Shown here in pieces: positions 42,331 to 56,800 of a stretch of DNA of 64,000 nucleotides (within the stretch, counting starts at the first letter, position 1; the number at the start of each line of letters is the position of its first letter). The stretch comes from Octopus vulgaris. Its lineage: Eukaryota. Position numbers and translations under genes: made by a program. The notes under the pieces were generated by a model. That model was not told the origin of the DNA and ran no database searches. It saw only the letters and a program-made list of their open reading frames with translations. The stretch lies in the NCBI GenBank assembly GCA_951406725.2, contig OX597819.1, positions 54,746,001-54,810,000 on the forward strand. Reading direction: 5' to 3'.

Positions 42331-42659
42331 CTTAAATTAGCCTTTCTTTATTTCTATTGTTTAAATACATTTATATTGTTATCAAAATGTTCTGTCAATA
42401 TCAGTAAAGATATCAGGATATAGTGAAAGCGCGTAACCTAATGGTTAGAGTGTTGCACAGAAGATCGTGGTTTCGATTCTCGAACTGGGCGGTGCGTTTT
42501 GTACTTCATCAAAACACTTCATCTCACATTGCACCAGTCCAATTAGCTGTAAATGAGTTACCCTGCGAAGGACTGACGTGCGTTCAGGGAGAGTGTTGTG
42601 ATTTTTGTGAATTTTATTTCACATGAATTTTATTTCACATGAAATATATTGATTTCAAA

Positions 42660-43255
42660 TTATGGCACAAAGCCAGTGATTTCGGGGTGGGGTAAGTCGA
42701 CTTCATTATTCAACTAGTAACTATTTCATCGGATCCGAAAGGTGATGAAAGGCAAAGTCACCCTCGATGGAATATGAACTTAGAACGTTAAGACGGACAA
42801 AATGCTGCAAAGCATTTCTCACGGCGTGCTAACGATTCTGTCAGCTCGCAGCCTTTTTACAGGAAATATATTGATGGTATATATTCTTTTCTACTCTAGG
42901 CACACAGCCCAAAATTTTAGGGGAAGGGTCCAGTCGATTAGATCGATCCCAGTATGCAACTAGTACTTAATTTATCGATCTCGGCGGAATTTGAACTCAG
43001 AACGTAAAGACAGTTGAAATACCTATTTCTTTACCACCCACAAGGGGCTGAAGACAAAGAGGACAAACAAGGACAGACAAACGGATTAAGTCGATTATAT
43101 CGACCCCAGTGCATAACTGGTACTTAATTCATCGACCCCGGAAGGATGAAAGGCAAAATCGACCACCGCGGAATTTGAACTCAGAACATTACGGCAGACG
43201 AAATACGGCTGCGCATTTCGGCCGGCGTGCTAACGTTTTTGCTAGCACGCCGCCT
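42660..43255 (-). mobile_element. SINE family 1 nested copies
   Basis: GGAATTTGAACTCAGAACG and GATGAAAGGCAAA blocks are repeated. Confidence 0.8.
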
Positions 43256-43867
43256 TATTGATGGAATATATTACAACACTCGTCATTAAAATTCTTTATT
43301 TAAAGAAAATAAAAATTTAAAAAACTTAGTCTAGAAAATAATTTATGCTTATTTATTTATTTTTTTTTCATTTATTCACATTTGAATTTTTTAAATTCCG
43401 TTATTAATTCTCTGTGAATCTGGAATGTTAATTTATATAAAGCTTGAAGTACATTAAACAATTATGAACAAATGTAACGGTCCGAGCTAGAGAACATTAA
43501 ACCTGAATATTTAAGAAATACAGAAATATAACCCGATTTAAATGTAAAACAAAGCTTATATAAATTATTTTGGTTATTCCATGGTGCTTAAAACAGAGTA
43601 CCAACTTTTTGAAATTGAGGTTTTTTGTGGAGGAATTTCAATATAGACAGCGGTTCAAATATGCTCTCTCTTTATATATGTGTGTGTGTTTAAAAGTATA
43701 TATATATTGACTTTAAGAGTCCCTCATAGCGTGAGACATTTATGTATAGTAATGCCTTTAATATAAATAAATATGTATAAAGGGAATGATTAATAATTTT
43801 TTCCCTTATGAGGTTTTTCTCGCTGACTACTTGATACATTCTTATAAAGATTTTATCCTATTTTAAA

Positions 43868-43949
<82 letters not shown>

Positions 43950-44197
43950 ATCCCAAATTTTATTTAATTTGCTTTGCGGGAAGGACTGTTTCAACGACGT
44001 CGCATCTTGTCCTTACCTTCGAAAACGCCGAGTAGACGAAACAGGGACAACTGAAGAATGGGAATATTCCTTATGTTGTATGTCTTGTACTCTGTTTTTT
44101 CGTTGTTTGAAAAAAATTTCGTTTCCATGTTTTTGTTTTTATGTTTTAGTTTCTCATTGTGTTCAACGTTGTTTTGATGTCCTGTACCCATATATGC

Positions 44198-44240
<43 letters not shown>

Positions 44241-45164
44241 TGTAGGTATGTACATATATGTATGTGTATATGCATATACTTATATATTATTTATATCATT
44301 ATATGATCGAACGCCACGCATTCTTTTCCAAGTAAGTTTTATCTTAATAATTATGATGCGCACTCTTCAACTTCACTATTTCTCTTTTGTCTATCTCTCT
44401 CCCTCTCTTGCCCTTCATCCTTTCTGGTTTTCTCTCACACTCTTCCCTATTCTTCCCCTCTCCCATTCACTGTTCCCTCTCTCCTCCTCGACTATCTAGT
44501 CACAGACACATGATCATATATGTCCTGTACCCATATATGCATGTATATATACATATAGATGTAGGTATGTACATATATGTATGTATATATATGTGTGTTT
44601 GTGTGCGTATGTGTGTGTGTATATGTGTTTTTGTATGTGGGGGCAGAGTGCATGCATATATGTATATATGCATGTATTATGTGAGATAAGTGAGAAGGTG
44701 CGTTAATTTGAGTGAGAGAGCAAGTGATGGAAGAACTGATGGTAAAAGAAAGTCTGGTGTGAAGAACTGATAACGTTTCTGTATTTCACACGAACACCTC
44801 TCCTCAGCTACGACATCATTACAACTTTCAATCTTTCTATATCTCTTTTAAAGACTCATCCCTGTTTTACTCCTAGGGGACCTCGGATCAGAGTTGGGTT
44901 TTTTTTTGCTTATTTTTTCAATTATTATTCTGTTGCTGCGTCGCGATCTCCCTACGCAATTTGGTGGTAATGATTGGTCAATAAATACCAACGTTGTTTC
45001 AAGACAAACAGATATACATGCATTTGTATGTATATGTGTATGTATCTATGTATGCATGTATGTATGTGTGCGTATGTATGTATGAATGTACGTACGTATG
45101 TATACTTGTAAACATATATATATATATACACACACTGTACAAAAAATGCATATACAGGATATAC

Positions 45165-45198
<34 letters not shown>

Positions 45199-46599
45199 AT
45201 GAATGTGTTTGTGTGTATATGTGTATGGATAGTTCTGGACTATAAAGAGTCAAATGTCCGTATGCCAGTCATGTGCTAGTTATACATCCACACACACACA
45301 CATACACACGCATTCATTCAGATTTAACATTCACACACACACACGGACACACACACACACACACCACATTTACGCACACATGCTCTACGTAAATACACAC
45401 AGAAAGACATACAATACATATACACATTTCGTATATGTATGGTGCTTTTGTTAATCTTTTTTTCTTTTTTTGTGTCATAGCTTTTATTCGTATTCTTTTG
45501 TGCGAGGCTTTCTTCCAAACGTATATTTCTTTTTTTTTTTCATTTTTTTTCATACTACATATTTCACTCCTATAGTTCATGGAATCCCATTTCTCTACAG
45601 GCGGCTGTTTACGCTGTTGCAACACAATATAAGTGTATTCTTTCTGTTAATGTCCAACCAGTATTTTCTGTCCAGCTGATACGGGATTTTTACAGTTTTC
45701 ACCATTGACAAGTAAATCAATTATTGTTAAGAACATATGTTCCTTCACCTCTTTTTACTTGTATAATTCTTGTATAATAACATTGACGAATAAAATGTGC
45801 ATTCAAAAAATGTCTGTTGATAAACATTTAAGAACAAAGAAACAAACAAACAAGAAACTATCACTTAAATGTGAATAAAGAGAATAAACGAATTTATTTC
45901 TTTTAAAGTTTTAAGATAATAATAAGAAGGTTATAACAAACATGATTATACAAAATCAATTAAGATCAAACAATCGATTAGCTTACTGGTTAAATGGTTA
46001 ATAATAAAAGAAGGGAAATACAATCAGTGCGTATGTATATTATTGGTATAATGACCCTCCTAAGATACAAATTACGTTTCGACACAGGAGTTCACATGAA
46101 GAATCTTCCAAACTAAATTCGAAAATGAAATATAAACTAATATTCACCGACAATACGATTCTTCATAAGTCACCAATAATCTGTTACCATCATAGTTTAC
46201 AATTTCTTCAGTCAAAATCCTACTTAGATCAAATTTGTTTTTACCGGCTCGTAAAATAAAGACATTTATAAATTAAATATTAATCTGTTAAAAAAAAAGA
46301 AGGAACGGAAAAGGGAGAGATGAAGTCCGAATCGAACGTGGTGTACGGAACGTTTTAGATGTCTAACATAAAAGTCTGGTCACTGAATGAAATCTAGTTA
46401 GAATCCTGATACAACTGCTGTTGCTTAACAAATAATGCAGTGTACTAGAGATAAGCTAAAAAGTATTGTATTACATCCATGTTAAACCAGAAACGATGAG
46501 ATTGCATCCATATGAAACCATAAACCATAAACTGGAAAATTGAGCAGTATTGGAGAAAATACAGACATGTTGATATACGTATATGTATATTTACGTGTG

Positions 46600-47630
46600 T
46601 GTGTGTAAAAACTTTATCTCAGCTGTTCAAGATCAGAGCTTATTGGCCTGGAGTTACCAAGCGAACGTGATGAAAATTGGACCCAAAGTGCCGATACAGC
46701 AACAATGAGATTGAATCAGTGGACCACCTAATCTCTGGGTGTAAAGTTTTAGCTCTAGTAAAGTATAAATTTACAAATGACGGAGTTGGCCAGTATCTAC
46801 ATTTGATAATGGGTCAGCATTATAAAATCAAAACTGCTGACAAATGGTACAAGCACCATCCTGAGGCTATAACTGAGGGAGAAAATGTAGCGATTCTTCG
46901 GGACTTTCCAGTACACACAGCCTGGACCATCAAAGCTAATAAACAAGATATTGTGAAAGACCCAAAAAAATAGTCTGTTTATTGATTGACATGAGCATAT
47001 CATGTGATCATAATATATCAGCAAAACTCAGAAAATATTAAGATTTGCTGATTGAAATCGAAAAGATGTGGTGTCTCAAGACGGTTACAGTACCAGTGAT
47101 CGTAGGAGTACTTGGAATGATCAAAAAGGGAACTGAAAATTATTTGCGGAAGATCCCTAGCTTACCGTCCATGCAGGAAGTTCAAAAAATTGTCTAAACT
47201 GGTACGTCACGCGTATTGAGAAAAACATTGTCGCTGTGAATTTTCTTTCCTTTTCCTCTTTATTTTTTGTTTTCATTTTTTCTTTTTCTCTTTATTCCCT
47301 TTTTCCCTCTGTCTTTCTTCCCTTTTTTCATATCACATGACTTAGTAAATGAACAATCTGTCTGGTGTGTTTATTTTGATGGCCTACCAAAGTATACAGT
47401 GAGATTTTTGTCCTAGGTGTTGAGAAGACACTCGGCAAGAAATGGAAACAAAATTGAAAGCAGAATACAACGACAACAATAATGTAAACAAAAGCTGTGG
47501 CATCTTAAAGCGAGAACTATTCCTGTTATTGTGGGTGCCCTTGGTATGATAAGAAAGGGATGTCAGAAACAAAGATTGTGCTGACAAGTACTACACACAT
47601 ACTTAAAAAAACCATATCAGTTTAAATGTA
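46600..47630 (+). mobile_element. R4/Dong-like RLE non-LTR retrotransposon 3' fragments
   Basis: CR...ESVDHLISGC zinc knuckle, WYKHHPE, ANKQDIV and PVIVGVLG motifs. Degenerate. Confidence 0.75.
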
Positions 47631-47784
47631 TGTGTTGTATTACATGATGATATTTCACTACTGGCCCTGCCACTTGCCCTCCCCAAGCTTTCAGTCATAC
47701 TGTAACATCTCTTATCCTTCACTCGCCCTAGGACACTGGGTGTGTCTCGGCGAGTGATTGTAACAAACATGCAGATTAAAATTA

Positions 47785-47874
<90 letters not shown>

Positions 47875-47914
47875 AAGAAGAAGAAGAAGAACGACAACAA
47901 CAACAACAATAACG

Positions 47915-49810
47915 AGGAATGAAACCGCCGAAGTGTTGATAGCTTCAATCTTATTCTGTCCGTTTAATTTCGACTTCAGGATCAGTCTCAGTCTGCGCAA
48001 GTACTCCACCTTAAATCTCTATGCCATTTCTTTCTCCATCAATTTATCCATTTCCAATATCCCCAAGTATTTATAGCCCCCCTCTTCTATTTGCTTCATA
48101 AACTACCCCGATGGCATCGCAAGCCCGTCCATACATATAATTTTGCCTCACCACACTTAAAGTTTGAGGTGATCCATGAATAACAAGTGGTTGACTTTTT
48201 GTTGACGGCTCTTAAATACATACCCAGCACTTGTTTTCCTCTGAATCATGCACAGTACAAAGATCAGTGGGAACATGCGGTCCCCTTGGAAGATGCCTCT
48301 CCTGATTTCTATTGTCCTTAAACTTCTTCCATATGTTGTCACTTCCGTCCGCCACTTCACCATACTTTTTCCAAGCAATCGCTCAATATTCGAAGCAATA
48401 CCAAATAGGTTCATGTATTCCATAATCCAAGAATGTGGGATCATATCGTATGCCTTACAATAATCGATCCATGAAATGGCTAAAATAGTTTTCCTCCTCT
48501 TGCAGTCTCTAAGTACAGTTTTGTCTACTAGAAGTTGATCCTTGGTTCTACTGCACTTACACTTGCAACCCTTCTGCTCATGTTGCAGGACTCCATTTTT
48601 CCCCAGATGTCCGTATATTGCCTCTTCTACTATTCCAGTCAATAATTTCCGCATAAGTGGCAAGCAGGATATCGGCCTGTAATTGTCTACCGTATTGCCT
48701 TTTAGATGTTTTTCAAGCACAGCACTGTTCCACCTATTGTCAACCACTCTGGTGTTACTTGGTCGGCATTTAACAAGGTGTTAAGTTGTACAGATATTCG
48801 TGCATCACATTCACCAATTCTTTTGATCCAGTAGCCTTGAACTCCATCTGGTCCCGGGGCCTTGCAGTTGCCCATTTTTTCTTCTGATTTCTTTCACTTC
48901 CCTGAAATGACTAGTTCTGCCTGTCTTGGACAGAGTGCTGTTAGTTTCAGTTCTTGCAACCATTCAGCATCCTTCTTGTGCTCCTTTTCTTTGCTCCTGA
49001 TGTCACTCCAAAACCTTTAACTTTCAATGTTATCTGGTATCAACTTTTCATCTTTACACTCTCCATTTATTTATTTCTGATCTACTCTGAATAACTTATT
49101 ATGCTGGTATCCCTTCATTCTTTGGTTGTATCTTACCATCTTAGCTTCCTTTACAACGAGGCGCTGTTTCATTTCCTCCATTACCACTTTCAGGTCCTTT
49201 CTTTCAATATCATAATTCCTGTTCAGTGTCCTGTATTTTTGTTCGCTTTTAAGCTCCTTCTCTCTTCGGTCTAACACAGAAACGTCATTCGAGAGCAAAT
49301 CTAACCCCGCCTGTATTCTTTTTTTACACCATGGATCTTTTCTCTTGTCACTCCCATTATATTTATTTTTCTTGACAACACCCACATTTTCTGCTGCAAC
49401 AATATTTGCTACCTGGATCAAATTATTTGTTTTTGTGATGTTTTTCTGAATTTCATTCATATTTTTCGTTTCTTGGTTCACTTTCCACAGATCAACCTTT
49501 TTAAGGTTGCAGATAATGTCGCTATCGTTCCCCTTGTGGCCTTTCCTTTGTTTCGTCGTAGAATGCCTTTGCCCATCTGTCATGTCACCATTAGTTTTAT
49601 TGTTTTCTTTCAGACTATCTGTATGTCTCACATTGAGCAACCTACCACCGCTCCTTTCCTGTGGTTTATTAGAGGCTTTCCCTCTGTTTTCTGCTATGAG
49701 ATTACTTTTATCACTAAGAACTGTATTTGCCGTTGCTAGTTTGTCGTTGTTACTATTTCCTCTGATCCGACATGAGTTTTGGCTAATTGTCATTAACACC
49801 ATCGTGTTAG
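47915..49810 (-). mobile_element. R4/Dong-like LINE, RT-containing fragment
   Basis: [46 protein letters not shown] and YKYLGI motifs. Abuts (TAA)n/(GAA)n arrays. Confidence 0.85.
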
Positions 49811-49982
49811 TACTAGGCTCAGGGTCTTATATACTAGCTCAGGCAATTTGATAGAGCACCACTTCTATAATTATAAACAAATAAATGTAGTCAAACGAGA
49901 CAAAGAAACAAACAAAAAAACTAATATCCACTCCTATTTTTTTCTGTGGAGTATATATTTGTTTAGTGCTGTGTGGAGAGGT

Positions 49983-50013
<31 letters not shown>

Positions 50014-50394
50014 ATGATGATGATTAGTCTTTGTCGTTTGTTTTTATTCTATTTTCTTATTTGTGTGTGCACGATTGTTTATACATTACTTAACGTTATT
50101 TCGAAAGGAATATAAAAATGTGTTCATGGAAAACTGGGGATTATACGTAATTAATTAGTTTACGCACTTACGTGTTTGTGATGTGTACTTAATCGGATAT
50201 AGTCCGATATGTACTTACTCGGATATAGATCAACACTTTTAATAAGTATTACTTATTCGGGTGTAGTCAGGCGCTTTACCAGTGTGGCGAGCGTGTTTAC
50301 ACGCGTTGTGCGAGTGACGCAAGTGACACACAGTTAAAATATATTGTTTCATTCGGAAAATACAAATAAAATTTAATGAGTATTAATTACTTAC

Positions 50395-50586
50395 TCGAAC
50401 TAAACTGCTTAGAGAGAAAGACAAGGAAGATACTGACTAGACATGGGATACTGCATCCAAAAAGTGATACAGACAGACTGTATGTACCAAGAAAAGGAGA
50501 GAGAAGAGGGCTGACTGGATGCGAACACAGCATTAGAGCAGAAGAAAACAACTTAGTATGGTATGTAAAAAGTGAAACAGAACCGC

Positions 50587-50621
<35 letters not shown>

Positions 50622-50637
50622 CAACAACAGCAACAAC

Positions 50638-50736
<99 letters not shown>

Positions 50737-51922
50737 AGAGATAAAATTAAATGTATGGACGGGCTAGCGATACCGTCGGGGGAGGTTATGAAGCAAATAG
50801 AAGAGATATTGGAAATGGATAAATTGAAGGAGAAAGAAATGATAAAAAAATTAAGGTGGAGTACCTGCGCAGACAGACTAATCCTTAAGTCGAAATTAAA
50901 CGGACAGAATAAGATTGAAGCTATCAACACTTGGGCGGTTTCACTCTTTAGGGGTAATCGCATCGACAGTAGACAAACTAAACAGGTTAGTTAGAAAGAC
51001 AAATAAGTTGCTGACTGGATATAAGATACTATTATTTAAAGAAGGTCAGGTTTGTATAGGATGGAAAATTGCAAAGATAAAGCACTGTACAAGCATTTGA
51101 GAATGAATGAAGCTGAAAATAGGTGGATAATGAAAAGAATGCATAGGCAATTTCATAGGGATGTTGAAGATAAGACAGGCAGAGAAAAAAGATAGTTATG
51201 GATCACTAAACGTGATTTAAAACCCGAGAGCAAGCATTAAGAACGAATTACATCATGAACAGGATAAACAACACATCAGAAAGTGATATGTGCAGAGTTT
51301 GTGGACAAAATGATGAAACCCTATGGCATATTACCAGTCAATGTACGCCACTAGCCCAGAAATAATATAAGAGACGTTATGACAACATAGCATTGGACAC
51401 TTTGCAACAAGTATGGACTTGTCAGAGCAAAAAAAGTGGTACGAGCATAAACCCGAAGGCATCATCTAAGATGATGATGCAAAGATCCTATGGAATTTTA
51501 TGATTCAGTGCGACCATGGGATAGAGAATAGGAAACAATACATAGTGTTAATTGTGAAAGAAAGCAAACGATACTGGATCATAGATATAGCATGCCCAGC
51601 TGACAACAAGGTATGCGATAAGGAAGAAAGAAAAATTGATAGGTATGACAGGTATCTTGGGAGGTTAAGCAGTGGTGGTCGTTGAAAAAGGTGGTAGTAG
51701 TACCAATAATTGTCGGAGCCCTGGGAACAGTATGTAAAAATCTTGAGAAATACATGGAACAAATAGGGGCTGCAATAAAGATGGAGCACTTGCAGAAAAC
51801 AGCACTGCTTGGAACCAGTCGAATACTCTGGATGGTGCTCGAAAAATAAGAGGTTTTACCTTAGTTCACTGGCAGTTAACAGCTGACGCCCTAGTACATC
51901 GCCAGCATTAGAAGCTGTGCAA
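50395..51922 (+). mobile_element. R4/Dong-like LINE 3' fragments with (TAA)n/(TGA)n tracts
   Basis: LHPKSDTDRLYVPR, LNGQNKIEAINTWAV, CRVC..ETLWHI, IIDIACP and PIIVGALG motifs. Ends in (TGA)n(TAA)n. Confidence 0.8.
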
Positions 51923-51935
51923 AGATGATGACGAC

Positions 51936-52029
<94 letters not shown>

Positions 52030-52030
52030 G

Positions 52031-52080
<50 letters not shown>

Positions 52081-52145
52081 AATAATGACAACAACAACAA
52101 CAATAGCAGTAAACAACATTTTGCTATCTGATGTTAATATATTTA

Positions 52146-52337
52146 TTAATAATTAAGAACAAAATCTAAAGCAGATTGAAGAAAGCTATCCCTAAGTGTG
52201 GAATCCATTTTTTTCATGGCGCCCTCATTTGGAATGAATTCATGCACATTGAAAGTTCCATGTATGCCAGAGCATGTATCTTCCACAAATAGTATACGTT
52301 TAGTGTATCTGAACGCAGACAGTTTGATTCGGTACAA
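52146..52337 (-). pseudogene. Paralog B last exon (open, but the gene appears to lack exons 4-5)
   Basis: Acceptor tctcattctAG: LYRIKLSAFRYTKRILFVEDTCSGIHGTFNVHEFIPNEGAMKKMDSTLRDSFLQSALDFVLNY, then TAATAAA. 27/63 identical by hand to the paralog A exon. Confidence 0.8.
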
Positions 52338-53522
52338 CTAGAATGAGATAAAAAGGAATAATCATTGTAATACAAACTTTGATGATCAAATCAGGGTTGA
52401 ATGGACATTACCTTTCCATGCTAGGTATTTTATGGGGACGGTGAAATCAGACTCTGTCGGATTTTACAGAAATTTGAATCATAAAAGAAATGTGGGTAAA
52501 TTTACCATGTCATATGACAGGTAAGTTTAGAATCAATCACAATTCATATTCTCAGTTACATTTACTAATTTTGATGTTATTGTTATACAGTGTCAGGAAC
52601 TGTTGGTTCACAGAATCGTCAGAGCGTTGGACAAAAATGCTTTGTGGTATATCTTCTGGCTTTTTGTGTTTTGAATTCAAATGCAGTCAAAGTCAATTTT
52701 ATCTTTAATGCTTTTGGGGGTCAGTAAAAAGTACCAGTCAAGTACTGTGTCGTTGCAGTCGACTATCTTTTTTACTCAGAATTGCTGATCTTGGGGCTAA
52801 ACTAAAAAAATATATATATCCTAGGATATATTATCATAGGAGTAGGCGTGGCTGTGTGGTAAGAAGCTTGCTTCTCACTCACATGGTTCCGGGTTCAGTT
52901 CCATTGCGTGGCACCTTGGACAAGTGTCTTCTACTATAGCCTCGGACCGACCAATGACTTATGAATGGATTTGATAGACGGAAACCGAAATCGTATATAT
53001 ATATATGTGTGTTTGTGTCTTTGTTTTCTCCCACCACCGCTTGACAACCGCTTGATGTTGTGTTTACGTCTCCGTAACTTAGCGGTTCGGCAAAACAGAC
53101 CGATAAAATAAGTCCCGGGGTCGATTCGTTCAACTAAAACCTCTTCAAGATGGTGTCCCAGCATGACTACAGTCAAATGACTGAAATAAGTAAAAGGTAA
53201 AAGACGAGGGCTGATCCCTATATCAACCCTTGTAGAACAACCCTTTGATTAGGGACGTTCTAGCGATAATGTCGCATCTTAACTTTTAGCCACAGTAATC
53301 CAGCACTGTACTGGAACATAACAAATAACCTTTCATTTTAAAGACGGTATGAATTTATGCCAGAGACATTTGGTTGCTAATTTTAGCCGTTTGGAAGGCC
53401 ACCTAGTGCCTCTCTCGTTGTTCTTAAGTTAAATCTTAAGTTTTCATTAGATATTTTTTAAATCTAGAAATATTGATATTTCTAAGTCTCTCTAAAGGAG
53501 ACTACGGTAGCAGTACTGGATA

Positions 53523-54111
53523 CACTGTGCCAAAAATTGTCCTGATTCTGATTCTGACCTTTATTTCTCCAGATTAGGCACCGTTTTCCTGTACCTTGAA
53601 CCATATGTTTTATAATATACTGCATAATATTGCGTATTGAACACAACATTGCAAATACTGAAACTTACAAAAAACAAAACAGAAATTTAGTTGGTATAAC
53701 AAAACATATATTGGTTATGAATTAAAAACACACCTGTCAGTTTAAACAACTTTTGTCCTTCTAAACCTCTTGTGCAGAGTATGATCTTTTTTTATACCCC
53801 AGCAGTAGTCTGCCAACATGCCAGGGTTCCATTGTCCTTTGAATCATCGCTCCATCACTGAAATATCCTGATGGAATCTTTCGCCATGTTTATCACTCAC
53901 ATCACCAAGATTTCCTGCAAAAAAATCCAAATGAGAGTGAAGCACGTGAACTTTTAAAGACATGTTACATCCCATATCATGATAATGACTCAGCAGATCA
54001 TTCACAACTTGCACATACGATGATTGCCCAGGAATTTATCGCAAACTTTCTTGAATGACTCAAAGGCAAGCTTCTCTTTTCTTTTCTGATGTGTGATGAA
54101 GGTTTCATCAA
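53523..54111 (-). mobile_element. DNA transposase C-terminal remnant (CMC/Chapaev3-like)
   Basis: MSLKVHVLHSHLDFFAGNLGDVSDKHGERFHQDISVME...MLADYCW. A CACTG candidate terminus at 53523. Family assignment is from memory. Confidence 0.65.
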
Positions 54112-54662
54112 GTGTGTGTGTGTGTGTGTGTTTGTGTCTGTATTTGTCCCTCCAGCATCGCTTGACAACCGATGCTGGTGTGCTTACGTCCCCGTAACTT
54201 AGCGGTTCGACAAAAGAGGGAACGATAGAATAAGTACTAGGCTTACAAAGAATAAGTCCTGGGGTCGATGACTGAAACGAATAAAAAAAATAACCTATGG
54301 ATATGGTAAGGTGGCCCCATAAATATATTGTAGTACTAATTATTTTACTGCATATAACGTTGAAAAGTTAACTAGAAGTAGATACATAGAGAAAAAGTAA
54401 AATATATAAAATAATATGTTTGGACATATTTCGACTTTATTGTGACCTCATCAACGAAACATAACCTTTATCGCAGTTGCCGACGTTTTGGTGATAAATG
54501 CATGGCGTCGGAAATCAGAATCCTTTAGGTTTTATAAAATCATGAGACTCCAAGTTACCATTAGTATTATCTATGTTAAATAAAATATATTTTAAGAAAT
54601 AATTAAATCTAAGTTTCATTACCTGATGTCTTACCTTAATGAATGTGCAACAAATTGTTTAC

Positions 54663-54869
54663 CTGTAAATTGCGATCCATGTGTTTAAATATTTCTTTGG
54701 TCAGATTACTTTGGTCAGGTTAAAGCTAGAGCACTCTTGAAAGGAACATTCGTTTTCAGAGCATCCTTGGATTTTGTATTTTGCAAGAATTTTTTACCTT
54801 CGTTAACAACGTCCGAAATTTCCTTTAGTTGTCGAAGACTAGAAAACGCTGTTGCTTGTGTTTGAGCAT
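54663..54869 (-). pseudogene. Paralog B exon equivalent to C exon 3, frameshifted
   Basis: Intact AG/GT sites. (D)AQTQATAFSSLRQLKEISDVVNEGKKFLQNTKSKDALKTNVPFKSALALT, then TGA at 54715-54717. Homology resumes in another frame (SNLTKEIFKHMDRNLQ). Length 207 nt breaks the 1-0 phase. Confidence 0.8.
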
Positions 54870-55390
54870 CTGGTTATGAATAAGAAATTAAATTACAAAT
54901 AAAATTTGTCTTACAGATATATTTGGTTATAATATTACTACTTACATAACTACACGTAGAAAGCTAGAAATACTGGTTGCAATACACAAACATTTACTCG
55001 GTGTTGTAGTACCTACAATTATGTAAATGCAATCAGAGAAAATGTCAACTCAACTGACATTGGTACAAGTACCTTTAGTAACAATTTTAACATCCTTGAG
55101 TTATATATATATATAAATATATGCGTGCGCGCATGCACGCGTGTAGACACAGATAGATAGATAATGGATAAATAAGTGTGTGTCTGCATGCATTTATATA
55201 TTTTTATGCATAAAATCATTTAATAATCCATCAAACAGAAAAACAGACACTCGTGTATTTGTCAATAGAATAGGTGTATCAATTATCTATTCAATACAAT
55301 ATCATAAACCAATTTCAACCGATTTTACCAACAGGTTTCTTACATTAGACATTTGGAGACTCGGTATTCATCAGAAAAAAAATATATAGA

Positions 55391-55559
55391 GTGGGCTTTT
55401 TGCTCCTGGAGGTCAGAAAGTATCACATCCGCTTTCTAGGTGTCGTGCAAAACCGGCACGAAAACGAAAATTAATAATAAAAATGTGAATGAAAACACAG
55501 AAGAAACTATTGAAACAGCGGATGTGATACTTTCTAACCTCCAGTGGTAAAGAGCCCGC
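55391..55559. repeat. Small inverted-repeat (MITE-like) element
   Basis: ~43-bp imperfect arms ...CTGGAGGTCAGAAAGTATCACATCCGCT / AGCGGATGTGATACTTTCTAACCTCCAG... Confidence 0.65.
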
Positions 55560-55724
55560 GGCATACTTTTCCAATCATATTTTTTGATAAATGGTGAAAC
55601 TCTCGTTCATGATACCAATTGGTAAAATCGACCGAAACGGTTCTGTAGCATAGTATTATATATATATTATATGTAGCGTATCTGATATCCTCACTATTTG
55701 AGAGATATATTAGAAATGATCTCG

Positions 55725-56800
55725 TGTTATATAACAACCATCTTCGGCTATTTTGACCCTGGTGTGTCCACTGCCCTGACTGTTTGACAGTGGCGCAGTT
55801 TGTCTCTTGACTTAATTCGCGCCAGTGTGTAAGCCAACCAATCACGGCCTTCGGATAAGGTCCCATGACACAGTCTTTTGGGGGTTTCACTGAAACCCAC
55901 CTCAGGTTATAAAAAGGCCCCAGAATTCACGATATCTCGTCTTAGGTTCCAGTCCTTTTCAGGACTAACCTCTGACCACAGAGCGACTCAACCATGTTCC
56001 AGCAACACCAGTCTTAGGTGCCAGTCCTTCTCAGGACTAACCTCTGACCATAAAGCGACCAACGTTCCTAACATACACCAGTAACACAGAACGTTCTCCA
56101 CCTCCGTCGCCTTCATCTCGACGACGTCTTTCTCTGCCGTCACCAACACCATCGTCGTCCTTCAACTTCACGTCGTCTTCATCTCCAGCAACACCAATAC
56201 GTTCACAGCACTCGCTCAGGTTTAGCTTTCTCGCTGTTGTGATTTTCACCGAGGTTAACAGCTTCAGCACTACCTGCAAGAATTCTTGTATCAAGAGACC
56301 TGGCACAGCATTGAAGCCCCAACCGCTACAAGACATGTGTTCAACCGGTATTCTGCACTTGTAACCCCAACATCCTGTTACAGAACTATTACTATTGTGT
56401 AACCTTATTACGAACTGGTAAATTAACTCCATCTTGTCTAAAACACTCTGAGAGACTCTTTCCTATGCTCTGCATTGTATTTTGCTTTGCCTGCATACAC
56501 CTTGCTTGTACTTCTGTCGCACACACAAACACACAGACACAAACACTTGTTGCACGCACTTATGTTCACTCTTACGACGAACACACAGACACACATGTGC
56601 ACGCACCCAGACACTCCACTCTGCTAGCACCTATACTTTATTGTATTGTACACATCTGTAAATAAAGTCTTCTCTTTCAAACAGTAGAACGGTTTTCGTC
56701 CTCATAATTCCTTTTGGCACTTATTCTTTATACCATGTAATTTTGGCTTATTCTTTTAGTGAGGCAACCGTGCGGCGTTTAAAGGAGACACTCTGTCACC
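55725..56800 (+). mobile_element. Possible solo LTR
   Basis: Starts TGTTA, TATAAAA at ~55908, internal ~60-bp tandem duplication (55940-56060), AATAAA at ~56661, higher GC. No TSD confirmed. Confidence 0.35.

Noticed and set aside
54940-55110. Candidate signal-peptide exon for paralog B
   Set aside because: Hydrophobic frames contain stops or end in the wrong phase; no convincing exon 1.
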